A stretch of 33,498 nt of DNA from Myxococcota bacterium (GCA_036149055.1 JAYZQJ010000061.1:1-33498), one strand, 5' to 3'; positions 1 through 10,566 are shown, counted from the first letter of the stretch. Translations and numbers: made by a program. The notes: generated by a model not told the origin, from the letters alone.

Positions 1-12
1 GCCAACCCGCCG

Positions 13-79
13 GTTCGATCCCCGCGGCACCCGACGACGTTCGAATCCGCGGCACCGGGCGAGGTTCGATCCCGCGGCA
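13..79. repeat. Three short tandem units GTTCGA(T/A)YCC(C)GCGGCA, ~25-26 bp period
   Basis: gttcgatccccgcggca (13-29), gttcgaatccgcggca (39-54), gttcgatcccgcggca (64-79). Confidence 0.75.
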
Positions 80-287
80 GCGGGCGGCCAGCTCGCGCGG
101 TAGCGCGAGCGCGAGCCGCAGGGGACCCAGCGCCCCGCGCTGGGGTCGGGGCCGAGCGGAGCGAGGGCCCGGAGTGGGTGGGGGGGCCCCGCGGAGGAGG
201 CGCAGCGATGTTTGCGGAGGGCGAAGCCCGGAGCGAACATCGTTGTGCCGCCGCAGCGGGGGGGCGGGGGCGGACCCGCCCCTGCCG
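65..287. repeat. Palindromic intergenic repeat element (REP/MITE-like), copy 1
   Basis: 65-260 matches 33304-33498 with about 8 differences. It contains several hairpins, and the ends 75-87 (cggcagcgggcgg) and 276-287 (ccgcccctgccg) are imperfect inverted repeats. Confidence 0.85.
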
Positions 288-294
288 AAAAAAC

Positions 295-903
295 TCAGAA
301 GTCGCCGAACAGGTCGGCGATGTGCACGTCGAGCGCGGACGCGATCTTGTAGAGCGAGCTGATGGAGGCGCTCGACTCGGCGCGCTCGATCTGGCTGAGG
401 AGCGAGACGCTGAGGCCGGTGCGGCGGCTCATCTGCTTCAGGGTGAGGCTGCGGCCCTTGCGCAGGCCGCGAATGGTCTCGCCGATGAAGCGGTGGAGGT
501 TCTCCTCCGGCGTCCGCACGAGGCCCTTCTTCTTCATCACGCGATCGAGGACCTCGCGGAACTCGTCGGGGTTGAAGGGCTTCTTGAGGTAGTCGACCGC
601 GTCGAGCTTGATGGACTGCACGGCCGTCTCCAGCGAGGGGAAGCCCGTGAAGATCACGACCGCGATGTCGCTGTCGATCTTCCGGATGCGCTGGAGGAGC
701 TCGATGCCATCCATCTTCGGCATCATGAGGTCGAGGACGACGAGGTGATAGCCACCCTTCTTGACCTCTTCCTCGACCCGCTCGGGGTCGGTCTCGGTGG
801 TGACTTCGAAACCATCCTTCGCGAGGAAGGTCTCCATGTAGTCACAGATCGCCGGGTCGTCGTCGACGACCAGCACTCGTACGGCAGGAATCGCCTTGGC
901 CAT
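295..903 (-). CDS. digR: Response regulator with C-terminal XRE-family HTH (DigR-like)
   Basis: Receiver motifs VLVVDDD, VVLDLMMP, YLKKPF. XRE HTH LTLKQMSRRTGLSVSLLSQIERAESSASISSLYKIA resembles Myxococcus DigR from memory. Start set at ATG 903 after GGGAGG, because the longer ORF-track start overlaps the tRNA. Confidence 0.8.
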   Translation of the reverse strand: MAKAIPAVRVLVVDDDPAICDYMETFLAKDGFEVTTETDPERVEEEVKKGGYHLVVLDLMMPKMDGIELLQRIRKIDSDIAVVIFTGFPSLETAVQSIKLDAVDYLKKPFNPDEFREVLDRVMKKKGLVRTPEENLHRFIGETIRGLRKGRSLTLKQMSRRTGLSVSLLSQIERAESSASISSLYKIASALDVHIADLFGDF

Positions 904-984
904 GCTCGAACGTCCCTCCCCGGACGGATCCGCACACGCTGTTGTCAGCTGCCGGCTCTCGTCGAACCGGCCAAGGGAAGCAAC

Positions 985-1058
<74 letters not shown>

Positions 1059-1070
1059 GAAAGGAGCGGG

Positions 1071-1098
1071 ACGATAGCATCGGGTCCCCCCCTGTCAA
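1071..1098 (-). promoter_or_regulatory. Sigma70-type promoter for tRNA-Pro (possibly also digR)
   Basis: Minus strand TTGACA (1098-1093)-N16-TATCGT (1076-1071) with extended -10 TG, 12 nt upstream of the tRNA 5' end. Confidence 0.7.
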
Positions 1099-1126
1099 GC
1101 GCTGTCCCGTCCGTTCTGGGTGGATT

Positions 1127-2434
1127 TCACGTCTCTGTCCGCGGACGGCGCCAGCGCACGATCTGATAGCCGTCGACGTCGCCGAGCCAAGGGCCGGTGC
1201 GGCACACCCCGTCGGCGTCGGTGTGCTCGTCCGAAACGCGAACGAAGTCGGGGTGTTCGGACTCGAACGCGTCGGCCACCGAGGGGCCCTCCTCGCGGGT
1301 GAGCGAGCACACCGCGTAGACGAGCAATCCGCCGGGGCGGGTCAAGGTGGCCGCGGTGGCGAGCAGCTTGGCTTGCAGCGCGGCGAGTCGGGCGGGATCC
1401 GCGGGGGTGAGGCGATGCGCCAGCTCCGGCCGGCGGTGCACGGTGCCGAGCCCGCTGCAGGGCGCGTCGAGCAGCACGCGGTCGAAGCTCTCCGGCTCCA
1501 GCCCGCCGGCGCCCACCGCCAGATCGACCGCGCGCGCGCCCACGTCGGGCAGCCCGAGCCGCCGCCGCTCGGCGTCGAGGCGATCGAGCTTCTCCTCGTA
1601 GAGATCGGCGGCCTCGACCCGCCCCTCCGCGCCGACCCGCTCGGCCAGCGCCAGGGTCTTCGTCCCGTGGCCGCAGCAGAGATCGGCGACCCGCTCGCCC
1701 GGCTGCGCGCCGACCAGCTCGACGATGTGCTGCGAGCCGACCTCCTGGACCGCGAAGCGCCCCTCGGCGTAGCCCGGCAGCGCGCGCGCGTCGCCGGCGC
1801 CGCGGACGAGCAGGCCCCGCGAGGTGAACGACGCCCGCTCGATCTCGGCCTCGGGCGCCGCCTCGCGCAGCGCCTCGCGCAGCGCCTCGGGATCGACGCC
1901 GACCGCGCGCACGCCGAGCGGCGGAGGCAGCCGGCGGGCGCCGAGCACCTGAGCCGCGCGCTCCTCGCCGAGCGACGCCCGGAACCGCTCCTCGATCCAG
2001 CGGGGGACCTCGGTGCGATCGGGCGGCGACGGATCGTCCGGGCGCTCGGCCGCGATCTTGCGCAGCACCGCGTTGGCCACCCCGGCGAGCCTCGGGCCGC
2101 GCTCCCCGCGGACCACGCTGACGGTGTCGTTCACCACCGCGTGCGGCGGCACCCGGGAGAGATGCAGCAGCTGATAGGCCCCGCAGCGGAGCGCCGCGTG
2201 CAGCCACGGGTCGGTCTTGTTCGGCCGCTTGAGCCGCGCCGCCAGCGCCCGGTCGATCGACGGCAGCGCGCGCAGCGTGCCGTAGACGATCTCGGTGGCG
2301 AGGCCGGCGTCGCGGCGGTCGAGGTGGGCCCGATCGATCTCGGCGTCGAGCGCCGGCGTCGCGTACGCGCCCTCGGTCAGCACGCGGAAGATCACGCGGG
2401 TCGCGACCCAGCGGGAGGGGGAGGCTTTGCTCAT
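1127..2434 (-). CDS. rsmB: 16S rRNA m5C967 methyltransferase RsmB/Sun
   Basis: NusB-like N-terminus (LATEIVYGTLR, GVANAVLR), SAM motif DLCCGHGTKT, DAPCSGLG, YAVCSL. ATGA overlap with the rseP stop. Confidence 0.9.
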   Translation of the reverse strand: MSKASPSRWVATRVIFRVLTEGAYATPALDAEIDRAHLDRRDAGLATEIVYGTLRALPSIDRALAARLKRPNKTDPWLHAALRCGAYQLLHLSRVPPHAVVNDTVSVVRGERGPRLAGVANAVLRKIAAERPDDPSPPDRTEVPRWIEERFRASLGEERAAQVLGARRLPPPLGVRAVGVDPEALREALREAAPEAEIERASFTSRGLLVRGAGDARALPGYAEGRFAVQEVGSQHIVELVGAQPGERVADLCCGHGTKTLALAERVGAEGRVEAADLYEEKLDRLDAERRRLGLPDVGARAVDLAVGAGGLEPESFDRVLLDAPCSGLGTVHRRPELAHRLTPADPARLAALQAKLLATAATLTRPGGLLVYAVCSLTREEGPSVADAFESEHPDFVRVSDEHTDADGVCRTGPWLGDVDGYQIVRWRRPRTET

Positions 2435-4122
2435 GAGTCCTCGAAGGCCTCGACGATGTACGGCCACTGGCGCTCGAGATCGTTCTTGAAGGCGAGCACC
2501 ATGAGGATCACGAGCAGCGCGAGGCCCACCATCGAGGCGTACTCGCGGACCCGCGTCGACACCGGCCGGCGCGCCGCCGCCTCGATGAAGAAGAAGAGGA
2601 GGTGGCCTCCGTCGAGCATCGGGATGGGCAGGAGGTTGATCAGCCCGAGGTTGATGCTGATCAGGGCCATGAGGCTGAGGTAGTTGGTCGCCCCCTCGCG
2701 CGCCGCCGCCTCCGTCGCCTCGAAGATGCCGAGCACGCCGGTCAGCTCGTTCAGCGGCAGCCGCCCCTGGAAGAGCCGCACCACCGAGTAGACGGTCATC
2801 TCCACCAGGTCGGCGGTGACCCGGAAGGACTGGTCGAGCGCGTAGCCGATCGGGCTGGGGTTCGGGACCGGGGCGTCGAGGGTCGTCGGCCGCCAGTGGC
2901 CCAGGGTCGCGAGGTGACGGCCGGTCTCGGCGTCGAGCACCAGCACCCGCTGATCGCTGTCCTGGTTGGTCACCGAGCGGGCCGCGCGGAGGCGGTAGCG
3001 GCGGGTCACGAGCTGATCGCCGCGCCGCCAGCCGAGCTCCTGGGGCGTGTTGCCGGTCACCTCGACGTCCTCGACGAACGTCGCCCAGAGCCGGATCGGG
3101 ACGCCGTCGACCGAGACCAGCCGGTCACCCGGGCGCACCCCGCCTTCATAGTCGTTGGCCCGCGCGGTGACGTGGGCGACGTAGAGATCGGACTCCTCGA
3201 TCCCGGCGCGCGCGAGCCCGGACCCCGGGCCCGGCTCGGGGGTCAGCGTGGCGACGTGAGGCTCGTAGACCTCCATCTCCACCAGCCCGCCCAGGGCGCC
3301 CTCGACCCGGGTCGGCCGCATGTAGGTCACCGGCACCATCGCGCCGCGGTTCGGCCCGAGGAGCCGCTCGAGATCGATCCAGCGATCCACCGGCTCGCCG
3401 GCCGCGCTGATGATCCGATCGAAGCTCCGCAGCCGGGCGGCCGCGGCCGGGCTCGACGGCGAGGTGACGCCGATGACCGCGAGCGGGTGATGGGGCTTGA
3501 TGCCGACGCGGCCGACCTCGTCGACGAGGTCGAGAGGCCGCCGCGACCGGGCCAGGAACGGGGTGACGGTCACCGTGCGCCGCTCCTCGCCGCGCTCGAC
3601 CACCAGCTCCACCGGCTCCTCCGGGTGCGCCTCGATGATGCGGGCGAGCTCGTAGAAGGTGGTGACGTCCTCGCCGTCCGCCCGGACCACCCGGTCGCCC
3701 GGCTCGAGCACTCCGTCGGCCGGCCGGTCGGGGAAGACGGTGCCGATGACCGCGGGGACCGACTGCGCGTCGCCGAGGTAGACGACGAAGAACAGCCCGA
3801 TGGGCAGCAGCAGGTTCATCGCCGGCCCGGCGACCACGATGATCGTGCGCTTCCAGAGCGACTGCTGGGAGAACGCCCGGCCCTCGTCTTCGGGGCGGAC
3901 CTCGTCGTAGGGGCTCTCGCCGAGCATCCGGACGTAGCCGCCGAGCGGGAAGGCGGCGATCACGTACTCGGTCCCGCCGCGGGTGAACCCGGCGATGCGC
4001 GGGCCGAAGCCGAGCGAGAACTTCAGGACCCGGACGCCGAAGAACTTCGCCCACGCGAAGTGACCGAGCTCGTGCACGAACACGAGCACGCCGACCAGGA
4101 CGATGAAGTAGACGACCTCCAC
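2431..4122 (-). CDS. rseP: RIP metalloprotease RseP (M50, PDZ domains)
   Basis: HELGH zinc motif, FSLGFGP, PLGGYVRM, AGPAMN, PDZ-like repeats, NLLPIPMLDGGH. Confidence 0.93.
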   Translation of the reverse strand: MEVVYFIVLVGVLVFVHELGHFAWAKFFGVRVLKFSLGFGPRIAGFTRGGTEYVIAAFPLGGYVRMLGESPYDEVRPEDEGRAFSQQSLWKRTIIVVAGPAMNLLLPIGLFFVVYLGDAQSVPAVIGTVFPDRPADGVLEPGDRVVRADGEDVTTFYELARIIEAHPEEPVELVVERGEERRTVTVTPFLARSRRPLDLVDEVGRVGIKPHHPLAVIGVTSPSSPAAAARLRSFDRIISAAGEPVDRWIDLERLLGPNRGAMVPVTYMRPTRVEGALGGLVEMEVYEPHVATLTPEPGPGSGLARAGIEESDLYVAHVTARANDYEGGVRPGDRLVSVDGVPIRLWATFVEDVEVTGNTPQELGWRRGDQLVTRRYRLRAARSVTNQDSDQRVLVLDAETGRHLATLGHWRPTTLDAPVPNPSPIGYALDQSFRVTADLVEMTVYSVVRLFQGRLPLNELTGVLGIFEATEAAAREGATNYLSLMALISINLGLINLLPIPMLDGGHLLFFFIEAAARRPVSTRVREYASMVGLALLVILMVLAFKNDLERQWPYIVEAFEDS

Positions 4123-4134
4123 GGGGAGGAGGTC

Positions 4135-5067
4135 CTACCTCTGATCGGGCTCCGGCGCATGCACCGCCACGCGATCGCCCCCCGCGCCCTTGGCCCGGTA
4201 GAGCGCCTCGTCGGCCCGGCGGAGCAGCTCGAGCGCGGTCCCGCCGTCCGCGGGATAGAAGGCCAGGCCGCCCGAGACCCGCACCTTCAGCGGCTCCGCG
4301 TCGTGCATGAAGGGCGTCTCGGCCACCGCGCGGCGGATGGCCTCGGCCAGCTCGTGCGCCGCCTCCGCGGCCAGCCCGGGCACCGCGATCCCGAACTCGT
4401 CGCCGCCCAGCCGGCAGGCCAGCGCCCGGTCGAGCCGGCGGGTCTGCAGCACCGCCCGGACCAGCCCGCCGACCTCGCTGATGACCCGCGAGCCGACCAG
4501 GTGCCCGTGCATGTCGTTGATCGGCTTGAGGCGATCGACGTCCAGGACGAGCATCGAGAGCGTCTCGTCGTTGCGCGCCGCCGCGTCGAGGGCGCCGCTG
4601 AGCTCGATGTCGAACTTCCGCCGGGCGAGCAGGCCGGTCAGGTCGTCCATGTAGAGCCGCTCGAGCACGGCCTCGTCGTAGGCCTGCTCGACCGGGTCGT
4701 GCACCTCGAAGCGCACCACGGTGCCGCCGAGGATGATCTGGTCGTCGGGGGTGAGCATCAGCTCCTTCACCCGCATGCCGTTGACCTCGGTGCGCCGCTC
4801 ACCGGTCAGGTCGACGACCACCCAGCCCCCGTCCTTCGGCTCCACCCGGGCGTGATGCCAGTCGACCTCGGGATCGAAGAGCATCAGGTCCGCCTCGGGG
4901 TCCCGGCCGACGATCGCGGGCGCCTCCAGGAGGATGCGCTGGCCGACCTGCGGCCCCGTCAAGACGACGAGCACGGGTTTGGGCCCTCCGCCCTTCGCGA
5001 AGAGCGACGACGCGTCCACCGCCTCGGGGATGGTGGGACGCCCCCCGCGATCGCCCGGGTCGGTCAC
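4135..5067 (-). CDS. FHA-domain diguanylate cyclase
   Basis: FHA-like region (IVGRDPEADL...HHARV...VNG), then DDLTGL, DVDRLKPINDMHGHLVG, RLGGDEF, ADEALYRAK. Confidence 0.88.
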   Translation of the reverse strand: MTDPGDRGGRPTIPEAVDASSLFAKGGGPKPVLVVLTGPQVGQRILLEAPAIVGRDPEADLMLFDPEVDWHHARVEPKDGGWVVVDLTGERRTEVNGMRVKELMLTPDDQIILGGTVVRFEVHDPVEQAYDEAVLERLYMDDLTGLLARRKFDIELSGALDAAARNDETLSMLVLDVDRLKPINDMHGHLVGSRVISEVGGLVRAVLQTRRLDRALACRLGGDEFGIAVPGLAAEAAHELAEAIRRAVAETPFMHDAEPLKVRVSGGLAFYPADGGTALELLRRADEALYRAKGAGGDRVAVHAPEPDQR

Positions 5068-5104
5068 GCGTGGACTCTACACGGAAGCCGACGCGGTATC
5101 GAGG

Positions 5105-5923
5105 ATGGGGACAGGGAAAGCCCCGTCAGCGGCGTCCGGGCGGTCGGGCGTGTATGCTCGCGGCCTCTTGCGGGTCTCCGGCGGACAGCGCCCTGTCGCC
5201 CTGATCGCGTGCGCGTCCTTGCTCTCGGCGTGCACGGACGGCGACGCCCTGCGCGTGTTCGCCGCCGCGTCGGTCGGCCAGGCGATGGAGGAGGCGGGCG
5301 AGGCCTGGACCGCGCGGAGCGGCGTGGAGGTCCGGGTGACCGCGGCCGGCAGCCAGGTGCTGAGGCGGCAGATCGAGGCCGGCGCCCCCGCCGACGTCTA
5401 CGCCCCGGCGAGCTTCGCGCACCTCGAGGGCGCGGTCTCCGAGCGGCTCGAGGCGCCGGCGCTGCTCGGCTGCAACCACCCGGTGGTGGTGGCCCGACCG
5501 GGCTCGTCGGTGCGCGCGCTCTCCAGCCTCGACCGGGCCGAGCGCATCGTGCTCGGCGCGCCCGAGGCCCCGATCGGCGCCTACGCCGACGCGATCCTCG
5601 CGCGGGCCACCGAGCGCTACGGCGAGGCCTGGCGCCGGCGCGTGGACCGGCGCGTGGTCTCCCGCGAGATCGACGTGCGGCAGGTGCTGACGAAGGTCCA
5701 GCTCGGCGAGGCCGACGCGGCCATCGTCTACGCGAGCGACGCGGCCGGATCCCCCCTGCGGGTGGCGCGCATCCCCGACGGGCTCGAGGTGGAGGCCCGC
5801 TACCCGGTCGCGGTGGTCGCCGACGCGCCGGCCGAGGCGCGAGACTTCGCGCGCTGGCTCCGAGAGGACGGCTTCGCGCACCTCGAGCGCCACGGCTGGA
5901 CCCGCTGCGAGGCCGCCCCGTGA
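5105..5923 (+). CDS. modA: Molybdate ABC transporter substrate-binding lipoprotein (start uncertain, 5105-5168)
   Basis: Lipobox LSAC, VFAAAS, GSQVLRRQIEAGAPADVY, PIGAYA, GEADAAIVYASDA; first gene before modB/modC. Confidence 0.88.
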   Translation: MGTGKAPSAASGRSGVYARGLLRVSGGQRPVALIACASLLSACTDGDALRVFAAASVGQAMEEAGEAWTARSGVEVRVTAAGSQVLRRQIEAGAPADVYAPASFAHLEGAVSERLEAPALLGCNHPVVVARPGSSVRALSSLDRAERIVLGAPEAPIGAYADAILARATERYGEAWRRRVDRRVVSREIDVRQVLTKVQLGEADAAIVYASDAAGSPLRVARIPDGLEVEARYPVAVVADAPAEARDFARWLREDGFAHLERHGWTRCEAAP

Positions 5924-6711
5924 CCGACGCGCTGCGCATCGCCGCGAAGGCGCTCGGCTTCGCCCTCGTCCTCTTCCTGCTGCTGCCCTTCGTGGCGCTC
6001 GCGCTCACGCTGTCGGCGGGGGACTACACGGCGGCGGTGGACCGCGGGCTCTGGGAGGCGCTCTTGCTGAGCCTCGGGAGCACGACGATCGCGGCCGCGG
6101 TGCTGGTGCTGAGCGGGACGCCGCTCGCCTGGTGGCTCGCGCGGCGGAGCGGCTGGCTCGCGCGCCGGATCGAGGGCCTCGTCCGCCTCCCCGCGGTGAC
6201 GCCGCCGGCGGTGGCGGGCGTCGCGCTCCTCGCCGCGTTCGGGCGCGCCGGGCTCTTCGGCGAGGCGCTGAGCGAGGCGGGGATCGGCATCCCCTTCACC
6301 CTGGCCGCCGTGGTGCTCGCCCAGCTGTTCGTGGCCGCGCCGTTCTTCGTGCTCCCGGTCGCCGACGCCTTCCGCGAGGTCGACGACGAGCTCCTCTGGA
6401 CGGCCCGGAGCCTCGGCACCGGGCCGGCGGCCGTGTTCTTCCGGGTGGTGCTCCCGATGAGCGCGCCGACCTTCGTCGGCGGCCTCGCGATGGCCTGGGC
6501 GCGAGCCCTGGGCGAGTTCGGGGCGACGCTGGTGTTCGCCGGCAACCTCCCCGGCGTCACCCAGACCCTGCCGATCGCGATCTACACCGAGATGGAGGGC
6601 GACCTCGGCCCGGCGCGGGTGATGGCACTCGTCCTGCTCGGCTTCGCGCTCCTGCTCTTCGCCGCCCTGCGCACCGCGCGCGTGGAGCGCGTCCTGGGGA
6701 AGAGGACCTGA
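5920..6711 (+). CDS. modB: Molybdate ABC transporter permease
   Basis: GTGA overlap with modA; LPAVTPPAVAGVALL, ARSLG, WARALGEFGAT, TQTLPIAIY; multiple TM segments. Confidence 0.9.
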   Translation: MTDALRIAAKALGFALVLFLLLPFVALALTLSAGDYTAAVDRGLWEALLLSLGSTTIAAAVLVLSGTPLAWWLARRSGWLARRIEGLVRLPAVTPPAVAGVALLAAFGRAGLFGEALSEAGIGIPFTLAAVVLAQLFVAAPFFVLPVADAFREVDDELLWTARSLGTGPAAVFFRVVLPMSAPTFVGGLAMAWARALGEFGATLVFAGNLPGVTQTLPIAIYTEMEGDLGPARVMALVLLGFALLLFAALRTARVERVLGKRT

Positions 6712-7469
6712 TGCTCGAGGCGCGCGTGACGGTCCGCCAGGGCGAGTTCCTGCTGGAGGCTGAGCTCACCTGCCGCGGCACGACGGTGGTGATGGGCCCG
6801 AACGGCGCCGGCAAGTCCACCCTGCTGCGCGCCCTGCTCGGCGCGGTGCGCCCCGAGGCCGGCCGGATCGTCTACGGCCGCGAGATCCTCTTCGACGACG
6901 CGCGCGCCATCGACAAGCCCCCCGAGGAGCGCGGCATCGCCTACGTGCCCCAGGGCTACGGCCTCTTCCCCCACCTCGACGTGCTCGACAACGTCATGTT
7001 CGGCATCCGGCGCGGCCGCCGCCAGGAGCGCATCGTGCACGCGCTGTCGATCCTCGAGGACCTGGAGGTCCGAGAGCTCGCCCGCCGCCGCCCCTCGGAG
7101 CTGAGCGGCGGCGAGCAGCAGCGCGTCGCCCTCGCCCGCGCGGTCGCCTCGTCGCCCCGCGTGCTCCTCCTCGACGAGCCGCTCAGCGCGCTCGACCAGG
7201 CGGCCCGCCCCCGCGTCCGCCGCTTCCTCGCCGACTGGCTCCGCGGCACCCGCCTTCGCACGGTGCTGGTGACGCACGACGCGAGCGACGCCCGGGAGCT
7301 CGCCGACGAGCTGGTCGTGCTCGAGGGTGGCCAAGTCGTCCAGCGAGGCACCCCCGACGCCATCGCCTTCCGCCCCACGACCGAGTTCGTGGCCGCCCTC
7401 ACCGCCGGCCTGATCGAGCGAGACCACCGCTCGGTGCCCCCTCCCGGGATGCTCACCGAAGACGAGTAG
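6711..7469 (+). CDS. modC: Molybdate ABC transporter ATP-binding protein
   Basis: TGATG overlap with modB; Walker A GPNGAGKS, LSGGEQQRVALARA, LLLDEPLSALD, VTHD. Confidence 0.88.
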   Translation: MLEARVTVRQGEFLLEAELTCRGTTVVMGPNGAGKSTLLRALLGAVRPEAGRIVYGREILFDDARAIDKPPEERGIAYVPQGYGLFPHLDVLDNVMFGIRRGRRQERIVHALSILEDLEVRELARRRPSELSGGEQQRVALARAVASSPRVLLLDEPLSALDQAARPRVRRFLADWLRGTRLRTVLVTHDASDARELADELVVLEGGQVVQRGTPDAIAFRPTTEFVAALTAGLIERDHRSVPPPGMLTEDE

Positions 7470-7536
7470 TCCGGGAACCTTCGCGGAGCGGCGCTGTCCG
7501 ACGGCGGTCGGCCGTCGGGTCGGCGGAAGGAGCGAC

Positions 7537-7797
7537 ATGCGGGTTCTCTCTCTGTTCATCGGCCTCCTCGCCCTCGGCGGGCTGGCCTCGCCGGCGGCGG
7601 CGCAGGACGACGTCGAGTGCCACGAGGTCCGCCCGGGGCAGATCCAGTGCGGCACCCAGACGATCTACGGGCGGCGGCACGGCCCGCAGGGGGCGCTGCT
7701 GATCCCGCGCGCCCGCGAGCGCTACGAGGCGCCGCCGCTGGTGCGCCGCGATTTGCCGCGCGAGGTGCGCCGGTCGGTGCGCCGCACGCCGTTCTGA
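7537..7797 (+). CDS. Small secreted protein, CglF/GltF-like
   Basis: RBS AAGGAG; signal peptide ending AAA-Q; TIYGR..P.G...I.R...Y..L.R..L..EV..SV...PF pattern recalls myxobacterial CglF/GltF-like proteins (family call from memory). Confidence 0.6.
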   Translation: MRVLSLFIGLLALGGLASPAAAQDDVECHEVRPGQIQCGTQTIYGRRHGPQGALLIPRARERYEAPPLVRRDLPREVRRSVRRTPF

Positions 7798-7819
7798 TCT
7801 CTCCGTGCTACACGAGGGC

Positions 7820-8362
7820 GTGAGCTCGTACGACGCCCTCCGCGAGAAAGTCGACGCCTTCGCCCACGCGGTGAGCGCGCGCCGCGAGGACGTGGTCTGC
7901 CGGGCCGGGTGCAGCGGGTGCTGTCACGCCAAGCTCTCGCTCTGCGACGTCGAGGCCGACGCGCTCGCCGACGCGGTGCGCGCGCTCCCGGCGGAGGCGC
8001 GCCAGGCGCTGACCGCGCAGCTCGAGCGGCCCGACGACGATCGCTGCGCCCTGCTCGACGACGACGGGCGCTGCGCCGCCTACGCAGGTCGCCCGCTCGT
8101 GTGCCGCACCCAGGGGCTCCCGCTCCGTTATCCCGCGGGGACCGTGCCGGTCGACGCGGTGCGGGCCTCGGCGGGCGGGGACGTCACCTGGTGCCCCCTC
8201 AACTTCGAGGACACGCCACCGGAGGCGCACGACGTGCTCGACGCCGAGCGGGTCGATCTGATGCTCGCGCTGATCAACCGCGACCATTCCGCCACACCGA
8301 CCCGGCGGACGTCGATCGCGACGATCGTGCGTCGAGCGCTCGCGGGCGAACATCGCGATTGA
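7820..8362 (+). CDS. YkgJ-family (CxxCxxCC) cysteine-cluster protein
   Basis: CRAGCSGCC, CALLDDDGRCAAYAGRPLVCR, WCPLNF. Confidence 0.85.
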   Translation: MSSYDALREKVDAFAHAVSARREDVVCRAGCSGCCHAKLSLCDVEADALADAVRALPAEARQALTAQLERPDDDRCALLDDDGRCAAYAGRPLVCRTQGLPLRYPAGTVPVDAVRASAGGDVTWCPLNFEDTPPEAHDVLDAERVDLMLALINRDHSATPTRRTSIATIVRRALAGEHRD

Positions 8363-8407
8363 AGCCTTCGCGCGGACCGTGCTTCAATCCCGACTCCCCA
8401 GAGGCTC

Positions 8408-9619
<1,212 letters not shown>

Positions 9620-9620
9620 C

Positions 9621-10508
9621 ATGTCCGGCGTGGTGCTGATCGCCGAGGGCGATCCTTTCAATCTCCGCCTGCTCGAGGAGCTCTGCGAGGAGGCGGGCTT
9701 CGACGTGGTCACCGCCGACAGCGGCGAGACCGCGCTCAACGTGGTGGCGCGACAGCGCCCCGGCCTGATCGTGCTCGACGCGGGCCTGCGGAGCGACGAC
9801 GGCGCGGAGGTGCTCGAGGTCCTGCAGTCCGACGCGACGCTCGCCTCGATCCCCGTGCTGCTGACCACCGGCGCCGACGACGAGGAGAGCCGCAAGCGCG
9901 GCCTCGAGCTCGGCGCGTCCGACTTCGTCGCGCGGCCGTACCGGGTGTACGAGGTCGAGCAGCGCATCAAGAACCTGCTGCGGCTCGCCGAGGCCGAGCG
10001 GGCCGCCGAGCGCGCGCGCAGCTCGCTGACGAGCGATCCCGCGCTCGACAAGGACCCGATCACGCACGCGGGCGGGCCCGGTCAGCTCCGGATCAGCCTG
10101 GAGTACGAGGCCACCCGCGCGGTCCGGTACCGCCACTCGCTGACCTGCCTCGTGCTCCGCGTGCACAACTTCGACGCGATCGTGGCGGCGAGCGGCGAGG
10201 GCACGGGCCACGGCCTGCTCGTCCAGCTGGCCAACGGCCTCCGCATCGCGATCCGCGCCATCGACCACCTCTTCCGGAGCGACACCGACGAGTTCACGCT
10301 GCTGCTGCCGGAGACGGACGCGAGCGAGGCTCGGGTGGTGATCGATCGCCTCCGCGGTCAGGTGGCCGACGGGAGCCTCGTCGGCCCCGCGATCGAGCCG
10401 TCGCCGGAGCTCGGCCTGGGGCAGGCGTCGATCGTGCCGGAGGGACCGATCACCGACGGGGAGCGGCTCTGGCAGGCGGCGCGCGAGGGGATCCTCCCGC
10501 TGGCCTGA
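9621..10508 (+). CDS. Receiver domain plus degenerate GGDEF-domain protein
   Basis: REC ([21 protein letters not shown]); GGDEF-like fold with [15 protein letters not shown] replacing RYGGEEF; starts 1 nt after the EBP stop. Confidence 0.8.
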   Translation: MSGVVLIAEGDPFNLRLLEELCEEAGFDVVTADSGETALNVVARQRPGLIVLDAGLRSDDGAEVLEVLQSDATLASIPVLLTTGADDEESRKRGLELGASDFVARPYRVYEVEQRIKNLLRLAEAERAAERARSSLTSDPALDKDPITHAGGPGQLRISLEYEATRAVRYRHSLTCLVLRVHNFDAIVAASGEGTGHGLLVQLANGLRIAIRAIDHLFRSDTDEFTLLLPETDASEARVVIDRLRGQVADGSLVGPAIEPSPELGLGQASIVPEGPITDGERLWQAAREGILPLA

Positions 10509-10516
10509 CGTCGCGA

Positions 10517-10558
10517 TCGACAAGGCCGCGGCGGAGGCCTACCCTGAGCTTCAGGAGG
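10517..10558 (+). promoter_or_regulatory. Putative sigma70-type promoter and RBS of the Pup-like/PafA operon
   Basis: TCGACA (10517-10522)-N17-TACCCT (10540-10545); AGGAGG at 10553-10558, 8 nt before GTG. Confidence 0.6.
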
Positions 10559-10566
10559 AAACCCTC

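Noticed and set aside
1..80. tRNA or att-site remnant (GTTCGAATCC)
   Set aside because: There is no cloverleaf, it is on the opposite strand to tRNA-Pro with only a T-loop-length match, and no integrase is present.
261..293. Rho-independent terminator for digR
   Set aside because: On the minus strand the T-run precedes the hairpin instead of following it; it is more likely the end of the repeat element.
2602..5919. 1369-aa ORF and other very long overlapping ORFs (e.g. 178-1077, 10358-12847, 12570-15179, 25089-28325, 30742-33135)
   Set aside because: These are antisense or off-frame shadow ORFs typical of very high GC. Only the 5920-6711 part of the 1369-aa ORF (ModB) is real.
9621..10508. 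Active PleD-like diguanylate cyclase
   Set aside because: The GGDEF signature and the DxDxFKxxND motif are lost.
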